From: Corallochytrium limacisporum Hawaii
Lineage: Eukaryota; Protista; Pluriformea
Assembly: GCA_002811645.1 (NCBI GenBank)
Contig: PDIP01000082.1
Span: forward strand, 11,305 to 75,304
Direction of reading: 5' to 3'
Length of the DNA: 64,000 nucleotides
In this document: positions 31,501 to 41,221 of the stretch, piece after piece
Layout of the letters: every line of letters starts with the position of its first letter
How positions within the stretch are numbered: the stretch's first letter is position 1
Position numbers and translations under genes: made by a program
Notes under the pieces: generated by a model
What the model was told of the DNA's origin: nothing
Database searches by the model: none
The model's input: the letters and a program-made list of their open reading frames with translations, nothing else

Positions 31501-32224
31501 TGACGGTAAACAAGGTGGATCAGGTGTCGACGACGGCGAGGACGACTGGAGCCTGTCAAAGAGCAAAGGAGGAAAAGGCAAGAAAAAAAACAAAAAGGAC
31601 AAGGGTAACAAGGCCAAGCAGATGCAGGAGACTCAGGCCAAGGCCCAGGAAAAACCTGAGGAATTGCGGCGCAACCTACCCCTGCCTGTCCCGAGTCCCG
31701 CGGAGCTGAGACAGCAGCAACAGGAGAAGAAGAAGCAAGAGCAAGAGCAGAAGAAGAAGGAACACGAGCTGGCCATGAGGACAAGCGGAGAATCCGAGAA
31801 GCTCTGTGCCGCGAATGAAGAGGAGGATGTAAAGAAAGTCCTAAAGGAGGAGGGCATTGAATTTCTTTCAGGCGAAGTTTTGCAGTCTCTGGACCAGATT
31901 GATGCGCTTACTGGTATGCCGTTTAACGACGATATCATGCAATATGCCCTGCCAATGGTTGCACCTTATGCCACGGTCGTTAACAACAAGTTCCGCCTGA
32001 AGGTCACTCCGGGCAGCCAGAAGAAAGGTAAGGCGGCACAATCGATAGTCCAAAGCTTCTTGCGCCAGAAAGATTGCACAGCACAAGAGAAGGACTTGAT
32101 CAAAGCCATCCGTGACCAGGACCTCATCGTTGGACTTCCCGGCAAGATTCGCGTCGCCGGTGTAGGTGTCACAGGCGGTGGTGCGAAAGGTGGCAAAGGA
32201 AAAGGTGGCGGAAAGAAGCGCTGA
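28550..32224 (+). CDS. NEMF: Ribosome quality control factor NEMF/Rqc2
   Basis: MKTRFSNLDL start, FSMKLRKHL, LGVDR, IEFYAAGNVILTD (NFACT-N); FWFEKFLWFISSDNY, GRDAQQNELLV, YVHADIHGA, QVSKTAPSGEY (NFACT-R); PMVAPY..KVTPG (NFACT-C). Asp9 and Asp97/Arg98 correspond to the Rqc2 CAT-tailing residues. Confidence 0.97.
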   Translation: MKTRFSNLDLRAILPELRSRLNGLRLANVYDQNDRTYLFKFSGQEGHKEHLIIESGLRIHLTQYSRDTGQMPNAFSMKLRKHLRTLRINDIEQLGVDRAIDMCFGYGDKTFHLIIEFYAAGNVILTDGGYVILALLRTHKASGGEDGNNTHATYAVREVYPFSTARVSDDVDYVALATSGEALLSAPVQEGGTDKKRKKKGQSNTLKRWLTMETELGAALVEDALVRSGIDASMDAVDFIRQNQGGVQGAIETLKPSISWALERLRQVDLQISKGYIYCIPAPVHASDGPQEVYEDYEPIDLQQNTGMICKDFDTFNAAVDEFYSKLEAQRSDLKAMQQELNVQKRLERQKEKLQENLDEFQKHQDDNRVKATMLEENIDIAEKAQLVINSFIANGMSWSEIDRMLQEAKAKGDPTASYIHALKLEMNTITLRFQLGNNNSEDSMSDNDEEENEISDEDEAQANSTVGQSIPEAQDAYISSADRKKMAKRTQRQNQSAKRGNKRSNKLSAQEQLRQQGIVLVDLDLGQTVYANIRRYHDMKKVARKKEEKAQDATEQAMKNAEKKAMQALKEVKTSNAVQKMRKPFWFEKFLWFISSDNYTVVAGRDAQQNELLVKRYLTKTDVYVHADIHGATSVVIKNRVTAGDATPEELRIPPRTLYEAGTMAMCHSSAWDSKIVTSAYWVYSHQVSKTAPSGEYVSTGSFVIRGRKNYLPPSQLIMGYTLLFRVDDTCIARHLGERNAKGVETESEISSAPTNPDQDITHEAVESMDSVHGDGHGTDDEELGDPAVLENGIADDEDNNEDSDSDIELPDTDLRMQPILATSTQRQDADTDILGETSAQATKSVFDKYNLSEQADHNEEDDHDELPEALAQHMKLAKDTDSGDAEVNTKKGGYITAKQRRLIKKYGPQALENEAELMAKMDEEEEADTVHVTRGMEVGQKKATLPPPPLKRGQKGKRKKMMEKYKDQDEEDRRLRMQLLNPDGKQGGSGVDDGEDDWSLSKSKGGKGKKKNKKDKGNKAKQMQETQAKAQEKPEELRRNLPLPVPSPAELRQQQQEKKKQEQEQKKKEHELAMRTSGESEKLCAANEEEDVKKVLKEEGIEFLSGEVLQSLDQIDALTGMPFNDDIMQYALPMVAPYATVVNNKFRLKVTPGSQKKGKAAQSIVQSFLRQKDCTAQEKDLIKAIRDQDLIVGLPGKIRVAGVGVTGGGAKGGKGKGGGKKR

Positions 32225-32383
32225 ATTTCCGCGGTCTTGAGAAGTCATGATCTCTCTCAATTCTTGAACTTATCTTGTTTTAATGATGTTTCTAGTAGAC
32301 TATAATACAGTGTTTTGTGATGGATATGATTATGACGACGGGATGCAACACGGTTTCAGATGCACATGCTATTTCTTGCGGAA

Positions 32384-35300
32384 TTACACCATGTCTTCAG
32401 CTTTCTCATCACGGGTCAGCAGATTCGTGGACTCCTCGGACTCTTCCTCATCCACTTTCATGGGGACCACGGCTGAGAGGATGATGCTGCTCCGACGCCG
32501 CTGTGGCTGGCGAGTCAGCCAGAAAGTCTTGTGGCTGCCACGGCCCTTGATCTCTACAGTTCCGCGTTCCTGTAGAAGGAAACCACCCTGCATACGGCCC
32601 AGGTTCTGGCGCACTGCGTCCGACACCTGAATGCGACTGGGTTCGGAAGTAGATTCCATGCGACTCGCGATATTGACAGCATCACCGATGACAGTGAAGC
32701 GTGGCTTCTTAACGTCACCGAGCAGACCGGCTACGCATGGACCAGCGTGGATACCGATGCGTAGCTGAATATCAGGCAGGACTTGGGCCACAGACTGAAG
32801 CACTTCAACAGCAAAGCTGCACACGCGCAGGGCCTGTTCCTCCGGGCTCACGTTACGATCCGGTACACCGCTAGTGGCCATGTACGCATCACCAATCAAT
32901 TCCATGCGGTAGATATTGTGCTGTCGAGCTAGCTCGTCCATCTCGGCGTACAACTCGTTCAAGGTGTTGATGACCTCAAAGGGTGGCCGCGCAGAGCAGT
33001 ACTTGGTGAAGGCCACAATGTCAGAAAAGAAGATAGTGGCCATGTCGTAGTTTTCGGGGACACACGGGTTGCCATTTTTCAGGTTCGCAGCAATTGAAGA
33101 AGGCAGTAGCGAGTTCAGCAGGGTGTCTGCGCGTTCCATTTCGGCATGCAAAAGAGCTGTGCGTTTGCGGACCGATTGTTCTAGATCTTCTGTGTAGGTG
33201 TGGAGCATGGTGGTTATCTTGTCAGTCATGCACTGTTGGGCATCGGGCAGTTTCTCCATGACGATCTTCAACTGCTCAACCGTTGGTCGAGACTCTGGGG
33301 CGGCAGACCAGCAAAGCTGCATGGCCTTGCAGTAGAGATTGCGAGCCTCACTACTCTGCACCTCAGATTCCTCGTTCTCGTACACGTTACTGGCATACTC
33401 CATTAGCGTGGACACATCGACGACCTCTTCAATGGAACCCACACTAGGACGTCCACGGCTCCAGTAGCCACGTCCCCGACGATCGCGGTGGCCAGTGGCT
33501 CCCTCGTCCGATCCGAACTTGTCGCCCTTCTCGCCATCGGCGTAGATTGTATCTGCATCGGAGTGATAGCTCATCTGGCGCAGGGCCGTGCGGTGGCGGT
33601 TTGTCGGTCGACGCATCGGCACAGTGGGTCGCATGTCTAGCTTTGCCACAGACTCCAGGAGAATAACTACCGGGGACTTGCCCAAAGGACCTACCTCAGC
33701 GGCCAGTGGACTACTGCGCTGGCGCACAGCGGACTGGTTGTTGCCGCCAGTGCTCTCTTCAAAGGCACTGTCCCTACCAACACTCTCTACGCCAGAAGCC
33801 AGCAGGGCATTCTCTAGGTAAACACCGGAAGTGGCATTCAGCAGCTCACTGTGAGGTTCTTGGTGGCGCAAAAGGTGATAAAGAATCATGGACATTGAGA
33901 ACATATCACCTTCCTTGGTGGGCTCAATTGTTAAATCACCCAGCTTCTGCTCCAGAGTTTTCTCCTTCTTCGGAAGCTTCTCCAGGCCTGCACTGCTCTT
34001 CTTGCGGCTAAAGAAGCTGTTAGTGCCGAAAAGACTGGTGCGAGGGCCACTGCGCCGGCTAGTGAAGCTGGAACGCGACATTGGGTAACTGACGGAGCTC
34101 TCAGGGGTAGTCATGGCAGGCTGCAGAGTGGAGCAGACACTTCCAGAGGCCGATTGCCGTGTCGGCACAGCCGTGTTGCGCGCCGCGTCAGACAAGTACG
34201 CAAAGTCCACCGTGTCCTCCTGCAAAAACCCGGCATCGGTGCCTTCCGATTCCTGATGCTCCGTAAAGACATGCGCGTATAGTTCCGGAGCGGACCACAT
34301 TAGGATATCCACGCCTTTGACATGACCATCGTGGCTTTCGTAGTCACGTACGGGCCTTCGGTCTATGGTCAAGTCGGGGTCAAAAATAACCAGGCGCAAG
34401 TTTTGGTTGACCTGGCAGCAGTGCGAGTTCAGGCGACCATGAGCACGGTTAAGCACGTTGTGCAGGTAGTCCATGCCCGAAATCAGATCCATGGCCATGG
34501 AAAGGGAGAAACGCCAACCCAGCGACAAGACACTGTCCTTTCCGAGAGAAATGTAGGAGGACAAGGTACCCTTCATTCCGGAGAAGTCAGACACAAAGCA
34601 CAGGGTCTCGGGGTCCATATCGGTGTTGATGCCGAAGAGAGTCATCAGGCATGGATTGCTGTGGTGACGGAAATCGTACAACATCTCAATATCCTTCTCA
34701 GATATGGTTGTGCCCTTGCGAGATATTCTACGAAGTATAACACGGCTCCCACGGAACTTGCCACACAGGTAGTCGGTGCCATTCACTGTGGACAGATGGC
34801 CACTATTCTCGCTAGCCATGCCGTAGTCCGACTCAGTCAGAATATTGCTGTTTTGATTGCCAAAGGCGGGTAGGGCACCAAGGGAATTGCGGCGCTCGCC
34901 ACGGAGAGGGTGAATCAGAGCGGGTACAGCTGTAGCACTGAGCTCCGAGTCGGCGGAAAGTTCGCATTCGTTCCTGTTCTCTTCGTTGTTGTTGTTGTTG
35001 TTGCTGCTACTGCTACTGCTTGCCTTACTGGGTGATGACTCTGCAGAGCTGGAAGATTCGGCCAGGTTCTGGTTGTTTGCAACTGACGATGACCTGATCA
35101 GCTCTTGGTTGTCGACTGACATCCTTCTTGGTGCGACTTCCTGGGTTTCGCCTGCCAGGCGGATGGCTCCCGCAACCATAGAATCATCGGCCGGATCCAG
35201 GTGTAGCATGTGATTTTCTGAGCCCTGCACAACAGCGATGTTAGTCAATTTCTGGAGCTCGCTTGCCTTGATGTTGTAGTTGAACTTGTTCAAGGCTTCA

Positions 35301-36805
35301 GCGCGCACACGCCTTCGCCGTTGCCTCATGAACAGGAATACGGCCACACCAGCCAGGATCAAGAGGACTGAAAGAGGAACCAATAGGAACAGCAGCATCA
35401 TGGAAAGGTTGTCATCGTTCTGCTGAGGCTCAGGTGTCCCAGTTTCCGTGGGAGTAAACTCTTCTGCGGAAGCCGAATACACAGAAAGCTGCGGTTCGCC
35501 AGTGTCGCCCACGCGACAGCGCATCTGAGATAAAATGCGCTTAACCAGTTTCTGTGTCCGCTCCTTCAGCGGCCTCGATCCAATTTCCTGCAGAATGGCC
35601 TGAGCCTCATTGCTCTCAAAAGTGAAGAGTATGGCGCGAGTCACGGCACGCAGACGATCACAGGCTGTGACATGCCGCTCCTCGTGCTCTTCGTGGGCTT
35701 GATCATCAGTGAATAGAACGGGCATCACCATGTGCAAGCAGGTCTGGATTGGGTATTCACCAAGGATCTCCGAGCCCACCTTTACTGGCTGCAGAATCAT
35801 GGGCACTTGGGAGGCACTATCAAATCCTGGTTCCTGAGCGTAGGCAAGATCTGTCCGAGTGTCCTGGAACGGAAGCTCCGACACTGACTGTACCCACGGA
35901 CCGGATAGAGGGATCAGATACGCACTGTGGTTTAGTGGCTGTGTCTGTACATCTGATGAAAAGGCAGACGGGAAGTGGTAGGTGCCACCAACATCCTGCA
36001 CGGCAGCCGTGCGAATGTCGTCAAAGCTCAGGTCAAAGTTGTGTACATTCAATACCGAGATACCCACGTAGCCCAGTGTGTACGGCATGTCCTTCACCGC
36101 TTCCATCATGCGAGTGGAACTGCCTGTCTGAAGGTGCGGCTCCACGAGGCCATTGCTGATGTCCTCATGGAGGTCTCGCCCGGTGTACAGGTTGAGAGAC
36201 TGTGTGGTACCCGCTCCTTGTGTTCTGACCACCAGCATGATCTCCTTCTCCGGCAACAAATTTGCAACTTCGTCGGTAGCCTGATCAGCAACTATACGGG
36301 GATCATTCCACATGGTGATCTCTCCGCTGAAAATTCCAGAGACTGTATCCCGACTGAATCTCACGCTGCCACCAAAGCGAGAGCTATTGGCATCTGTGGC
36401 CCCGTCTTCAGGTATGTGTGTCCCTAACAGTTCCGGAATGTTGTAGACCATTCCTGTCGGAGTTGTGTATATGGGCAAAACTGCTAACTGCTGTTTCGCC
36501 TCATCGTACATTTCCTGTGTTAATGGTAGTGATGTGAGTGCAAATGTGGCCGTTCCCTGCACCATCTCTGTTAGTCCCTGACTCGACGTCGACGGATCGT
36601 ACACCATAGATACACTCTCTGGTAGGAACAAACTGGGCCAAGTACTTAAGAAACCCAGGGCCTGTGAAGAACCGGCCCCAATAATATCCCAGCTGTTACT
36701 ACGGGGTTCTCTGGTGTGTAGGACAGGTGCTGCCGATACATGACATATTGTGCTGACCGCCACCCACAGTCCGAAACGGACCATGGAACTATTGTGTCCT
36801 GGCAT
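32384..36805 (-). CDS. Receptor-type nucleotidyl (probably guanylyl) cyclase: signal peptide, PstS-like ectodomain, TM, kinase-homology domain, signalling helix, class III cyclase
   Basis: PstS-like IIGAGSS...IFSGEITMWNDPRI...VVRTQGAGTT; TM LLFLLVPLSVLLILAGVAVFLFM; pseudokinase DLISGMDYLH..AHGRLNS, WSAPE, GDMFS, CWSAAPESRPT; EMERADTLLNSLLP; TIFFSDIVAFT, MELIGDAYM, RIGIHAGP, GDAVNIASRMES, IKGRG. Confidence 0.92.
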   Translation of the reverse strand: MPGHNSSMVRFGLWVAVSTICHVSAAPVLHTREPRSNSWDIIGAGSSQALGFLSTWPSLFLPESVSMVYDPSTSSQGLTEMVQGTATFALTSLPLTQEMYDEAKQQLAVLPIYTTPTGMVYNIPELLGTHIPEDGATDANSSRFGGSVRFSRDTVSGIFSGEITMWNDPRIVADQATDEVANLLPEKEIMLVVRTQGAGTTQSLNLYTGRDLHEDISNGLVEPHLQTGSSTRMMEAVKDMPYTLGYVGISVLNVHNFDLSFDDIRTAAVQDVGGTYHFPSAFSSDVQTQPLNHSAYLIPLSGPWVQSVSELPFQDTRTDLAYAQEPGFDSASQVPMILQPVKVGSEILGEYPIQTCLHMVMPVLFTDDQAHEEHEERHVTACDRLRAVTRAILFTFESNEAQAILQEIGSRPLKERTQKLVKRILSQMRCRVGDTGEPQLSVYSASAEEFTPTETGTPEPQQNDDNLSMMLLFLLVPLSVLLILAGVAVFLFMRQRRRRVRAEALNKFNYNIKASELQKLTNIAVVQGSENHMLHLDPADDSMVAGAIRLAGETQEVAPRRMSVDNQELIRSSSVANNQNLAESSSSAESSPSKASSSSSSNNNNNNEENRNECELSADSELSATAVPALIHPLRGERRNSLGALPAFGNQNSNILTESDYGMASENSGHLSTVNGTDYLCGKFRGSRVILRRISRKGTTISEKDIEMLYDFRHHSNPCLMTLFGINTDMDPETLCFVSDFSGMKGTLSSYISLGKDSVLSLGWRFSLSMAMDLISGMDYLHNVLNRAHGRLNSHCCQVNQNLRLVIFDPDLTIDRRPVRDYESHDGHVKGVDILMWSAPELYAHVFTEHQESEGTDAGFLQEDTVDFAYLSDAARNTAVPTRQSASGSVCSTLQPAMTTPESSVSYPMSRSSFTSRRSGPRTSLFGTNSFFSRKKSSAGLEKLPKKEKTLEQKLGDLTIEPTKEGDMFSMSMILYHLLRHQEPHSELLNATSGVYLENALLASGVESVGRDSAFEESTGGNNQSAVRQRSSPLAAEVGPLGKSPVVILLESVAKLDMRPTVPMRRPTNRHRTALRQMSYHSDADTIYADGEKGDKFGSDEGATGHRDRRGRGYWSRGRPSVGSIEEVVDVSTLMEYASNVYENEESEVQSSEARNLYCKAMQLCWSAAPESRPTVEQLKIVMEKLPDAQQCMTDKITTMLHTYTEDLEQSVRKRTALLHAEMERADTLLNSLLPSSIAANLKNGNPCVPENYDMATIFFSDIVAFTKYCSARPPFEVINTLNELYAEMDELARQHNIYRMELIGDAYMATSGVPDRNVSPEEQALRVCSFAVEVLQSVAQVLPDIQLRIGIHAGPCVAGLLGDVKKPRFTVIGDAVNIASRMESTSEPSRIQVSDAVRQNLGRMQGGFLLQERGTVEIKGRGSHKTFWLTRQPQRRRSSIILSAVVPMKVDEEESEESTNLLTRDEKAEDMV

Positions 36806-37224
36806 TGTGTCTGTGAATGGTCTGCGGGAACCCTATCCCTGTTGAGCCTTCATATCTAACTCCCAAACATTTTGACTTAAGATCCAGGTGACGTTCCTGT
36901 AGGTATGTGAATTTGTACCCTTGTGGATCACTTGATTCGTACACATGTAGGAACTCCCTCGCCTGTTGGACGATCGTATGGTTTCAGATAGCTTCAATCA
37001 ACAATCAATCGTGCTAGCAATATCAGGGAAATCGATGGACCTCGCGGAGCTGACCCTATTTGTCCTTCCACCGCGCTGTACCATCATAATCTCCATATGT
37101 TTTGTACGGTAGACGTGTCTCCTCTTTTCCCCTCCCCAAAGACAACCTTTCGATTGGCAGCAGGGGGAGGGTGATTCCACCAATTTGAAGGTTCGGTTCG
37201 TCTTCCCCCCCTTCCCCCCTCTCC

Positions 37225-37524
37225 NNNNNNNNNNNNNNNNNNNNNNNNNNNNNNNNNNNNNNNNNNNNNNNNNNNNNNNNNNNNNNNNNNNNNNNNNNNN
37301 NNNNNNNNNNNNNNNNNNNNNNNNNNNNNNNNNNNNNNNNNNNNNNNNNNNNNNNNNNNNNNNNNNNNNNNNNNNNNNNNNNNNNNNNNNNNNNNNNNNN
37401 NNNNNNNNNNNNNNNNNNNNNNNNNNNNNNNNNNNNNNNNNNNNNNNNNNNNNNNNNNNNNNNNNNNNNNNNNNNNNNNNNNNNNNNNNNNNNNNNNNNN
37501 NNNNNNNNNNNNNNNNNNNNNNNN
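37225..37524. other. Assembly gap
   Basis: Run of N. Confidence 1.
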
Positions 37525-38517
37525 CCCCGGGCCTTCTCCTCTCTCGCTTTCGCTGTGCCCCTCCCTTCCGGTTCAAGTCTCGTGGAGAGCACTCCCCTTT
37601 CAACAACCCCCTTCTTCCACTCCCCTCCTTCCCATGTCTCAGTTGGCTCTTCTACTCGTTGGTTCATAGTGGATGGGCAGGCAGGCACAGTCAATTCTGC
37701 TCCTCGGGCCTGGTCTTTTTTTTATCCCCAGTTCCACAGCTGGACGGAGGGAAGAAAAAAACATGGAAGCAGAGATGGAAGACAGTTCGTTCTGTCCTTC
37801 TCTCTTCTTTTTCTCACCTTCTCCATCCTTTCTCTGCCCAGGGGTGCGCAAGGGGAGCCGACATTCACTAGTACTCTCCATCGGAAAAGTCGATGGCACG
37901 GAGAGCACGTAGCGTGCGGTCCACGGGTCACGAGTATGATAGACCCCCTAGACGCATTGAAAGAGATCGGATTAGTACAGCATGAGGATGGCACACTGAC
38001 TGAGCGAGGATGTGAGGAGTGGCGAACGAATTGTGACGTAGAGCTGAGTGAGGTTGAAAGGTAGGCGGTACTCACGATGCGGCGCGATGTACCCCGCTAT
38101 GGAGGATCTCAGCGCAGACTGCCAGGGTGCACAGGGGACCCGGTACAGTCAGGACACAGAGGACGATGGAGGAAGCATATGTGTATGACAGCGGTAACGA
38201 TCAATGGATGCCTCGCACGTGTAATGGTGATGACCTAACTGCTGGGAGTTGGCCCGTTCTTCTTCCATTAGCACTGGGTTCGATGAGAGTTGTGCAGAAT
38301 AACAACGAAGACGACAGAGAAGGCACAAACAGATTGAAGACGGATTGCAGGGCACATGAACATAATTTCCTCGTCTACTCAGTCAACTGGTGACAATTGT
38401 GCCAGCCACACGCTCACTGACTCGGGGTTCTGTGTCTCTGTCTGCACTAGTTGTTTGGGATCGAATGGGTCGAGGGGGTCCTTTGCTCGCGCTCCCTCCC
38501 CACCTCCCCTGCAACTT

Positions 38518-38552
<35 letters not shown>

Positions 38553-38559
38553 CACACAC
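38518..38559. repeat. (CA)n microsatellite
   Basis: About 21 CA units with one CG interruption. Confidence 0.95.
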
Positions 38560-41096
38560 GAAGCTGTCCCTTCTCAACATGCGTGGCCGGTCCTCCCTTC
38601 TAGGTCATTTCTATATTTCTAACCCATTGTTGTCCAAGAGAAAACGTTGGGCAAGGATTTCATTAATGACAAGAGGGAACGTTCGACAGCAATGTGCCCA
38701 GGGAATGTCGTTGCATAGCTCTACACGAAGGAAAAAGGAAAGTTGCTGTCCGGAAGGAGTATAAAATCTCACAACCGCAACCCCCAAACCATGCCCAGCC
38801 AAAGCATACACCTCTCTTGCATGAACGAGGTGAGCACTCAACAAGTCTTCACCGGGCCGCCGGAACAGAACTGAAAGCGCTCTGTTTTCGATGATCTACA
38901 AAGACCGCCCCACTGTCCCCGTGCTCTTTGAACTCTGCACCTTCTCGCCGACACTTCCACATTCTCCAACGAAAATCGAGAATCCCGCGCTCGACCGGTT
39001 CGCCGACGCACATATCTGGCCAAACTTGATGCCACTACGGAGCGAAACACTGGACTTGCGCAGCATGTCCAGGACATGGGACCGTTTCGTCCTAAATACC
39101 GAAGCATTGGGGCTCCCGTGCGGGTGCGCGGTTGAAACAACCAGTTTTGCGCAGAGCGAGGAACTTGCCCAAGAGCGGTCCGGTCACAGATATCAATCCC
39201 GCAAAAGAAAAAGAGAAATGGCCCAGGGGGGGGAGGAGGGAGGAGAGAGAGAACAGAGGGAGGGGGGGCATATGCCATGACTCCTGTTGGATCGAAGAAT
39301 GCTGCCAAGGAACAGAATACCCAAGTGCAGTGACAGTTCTACTGCACCTCAGATCTGCCAATATGAGATAAAAGCTGCTTCCAATACTTGCAGCAGGAGG
39401 CAACCGTTGGTGAATGAAGGCAAGGGGGAAAAATTGACAGACGGCAGGAAAAGGGTATCAGTTTAAAATTGATGAGACTAAAAGGCTGTCGTGGGTATAC
39501 AAAACTAACGAGCAATTAAATAGGTAATGCTGCAAGCCCTTCAAAACGGACAGAGGGAGGTTGAAAAAAACAAGACTGTCGAGTTTAGTCGACGACACTT
39601 TCACGTATACCTGCTAATTGACTGATACCTCCAAATGACCTCCTTCCACCCTTATTTTATACCTAATATATAAGCTTCACCGAGAGGTAGGGGGTAAAAT
39701 CTGTATTTTGTGGGCACGGTTGGACACCTACCCACCCCCTGCCTCCCAGCACGGTTGTACAAGCCCAAGTGTAAAAAGTTTCAAAAACCAAAAAAAAATA
39801 AACAAAGAGTAAACAAAACTTCCTACATCCACCCTTCACCCAATACTCCGCCCCCGCCCCCCCCCCCCCCCCCCCCCCTTCTCCCAAGAAAGAGGGGGAG
39901 ATAGGGATTTGTCCCTCTCGGTGCTGTGTCTCCCTTCGAAGATTTCGCTCACTCGTGACGCCGCCCACCCGGTTCTTTGGTACAACACTATAGGGAGTGC
40001 TGTACATGTCCAGTGTTGCACGACCTTTGTGTAGCCTAGAAACAACCAAGCCGTCGTGTGTGGACAAAAAAGAGATAAAGGTCTGGGTTCTGTTTTGCGC
40101 CGTCAACAAGCCGATCTACGTTTTTGAAGCGTTCTAACAACCGCATACCCGCATCACTCGCAGGGAACATGACGAGGAATTGAATAAAGCCAAGGAGGTA
40201 TCAATATGGGGCAATGGTGGTCATCGTGGCGTACGGCATGGTGCGCTGACCATGTCCGGTTAAAAAGCAAAGAGGGTAAAAACACTCTGATCTCTTTGTG
40301 GCTGTGATATACCTCCGTCTCCGTACACTTTGTACGCCGTGCAATACTCCAGGCTCAGCGTAGGCCAAAGCGGCAAAAGGGCAAAAGTGAAAGGAAGGGA
40401 CGTTCCCCGGGGGGGGGGGGTTACAGGGAAAGCGAGGTCCCACCAGCTCTCTCCCATTTTTCCTTGTATTTTTCTCCGCGGCGGGGAGCAAAAGAGCAAA
40501 CCATCTGCAAGCCCCTTCGCTTCTTCTGCTTAATAACTTTTGAGGGGGCGGGTTGCTTCTTTGGTTTCTCGCACGACCGATTGATTTGTTCGGCCGGTGT
40601 GCCCGGTGGAAAAAAAGGGGGGGGGGGGGGGTTCAAAGCGTGTCGTCGTCGCTTTTCTCTCTCTGTCTCTCTGTCCATCGCTGGTTTGTTTCTCGTGCTC
40701 CCCCCCCGGGGCTATCGGTATCCAACAGCGAGTTGCATGTTGAACTGGAAGACGTAGCCCTTGCCCACGCATGGGGAATTCGTCAATGTTACCGAGGAGA
40801 AGACGGAATTGAGACAGCAATGTCAACCAAGTGGATGCCCACTCTTGCTTGTTGGTGAATACGTTTGTTATTGTCAGGAAGCTTGTCGGTGGGCATCCCA
40901 TGCAGGAGTGGCTGTCCCCGTCTTCTGTAACTATAGAAAAACCAGGTTCGATAGCCTTCGAGCACAGACAATTGCTGCCGCGACATTTGTGATCCCCTCG
41001 CGCGCTGTGAGCGGGAGCTCAACCACATAACCAAGAGTTTTTTTTCCCAAATGCTCGCGCAGATATTAGGACAGTATTCAATGACAAGTGCACAAT

Positions 41097-41221
41097 AAAT
41101 TGGGTCAAGCTCGTGCCCCCCCCCCCCCCCGGGGGGCCCCTTCGGTCCCCAGGGGGGNNNAAATTGGGTCAAGCTCGTGCCCCCCCCACCCCCCGGGGGG
41201 CCCCTACGGTCACCAGGGGGG
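41097..41221. repeat. About 60-bp near-identical duplication around a 3-N gap (41158-41160), probably a scaffolding overlap
   Basis: aaattgggtcaagctcgtg-Cn-G6-cccc...agggggg occurs on both sides of the gap. Confidence 0.8.

Noticed and set aside
37560-37600. ggttcaagtc resembling a tRNA T-loop/B-box
   Set aside because: Flanks do not form a T-stem and no cloverleaf or acceptor stem is evident.
41097-41221. Tandem duplication as a biological repeat
   Set aside because: The copies straddle a 3-N gap and differ only around homopolymers; typical contig-end overlap.
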